Source: Diploschistes diacapsis
Taxonomy: Eukaryota
Assembly: GCA_023645945.1 (NCBI GenBank)
Contig: JALAIB010000077.1
Span: forward strand, 1-35,137
Direction: 5' to 3'
DNA length: 35,137 nucleotides
Below, piece after piece: positions 35,119 to 35,137 of this stretch (position 1 is its first letter; the number at the start of each line of letters is the position of its first letter). The notes under the pieces are model-generated. The model had not been told where the DNA came from. It saw nothing but the letters and a program-made list of their open reading frames with translations, and made no database searches. A program made the position numbers and the translations under genes.

Positions 35119-35137
35119 CCCATCCCATCCCATCCCA
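35119..35137 (+). repeat. (CCATC)n microsatellite in the DPP1-like intron, truncated by the window end
   Basis: ccatc ccatc ccatc cca read directly. Confidence 0.7.

Noticed and set aside
1..35137. tRNA, rRNA, CRISPR array, telomeric repeat or intact transposon
   Set aside because: By eye I saw no cloverleaf or box A/B pattern, regular repeat-spacer array, TTAGGG array, TIR/LTR pair, or transposase/RT motif. Small ncRNAs could be missed without covariance-model searches.

Overview
Fungal (filamentous ascomycete, Pezizomycotina; Eurotiomycete-like by inference) nuclear DNA with short spliceosomal introns. Positions 1-27.7 kb are a dense block of conserved housekeeping genes: IND1 (partial), a BSD-domain DOS2-like gene, YRB30, a 59-aa mitoribosomal bL33m gene only partly visible in the ORF track, a ~1350-aa coiled-coil gene, RPN7, ABD1, a KduD-like SDR, PEX11, ENP2/NOL10 and MED13. 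The block is interrupted by ~3 kb (14.7-17.7 kb) holding only a probable gene relic. Positions 27.7-34.3 kb are a decaying accessory block: a carboxylesterase pseudogene, a HET-6-type incompatibility pseudogene with ankyrin repeats inserted inside its HET domain, and a Cys-rich single-pass membrane gene whose signal peptide looks frameshifted. A DPP1-like PAP2 gene starts at the right edge. A C-rich/G-rich block oscillation is visible at 1-4.2 kb and again from ~31.6 kb. I found no tRNA, rRNA, CRISPR array or intact transposon. Family assignments come from recalled motifs and exon models were built by hand; no database search was run.
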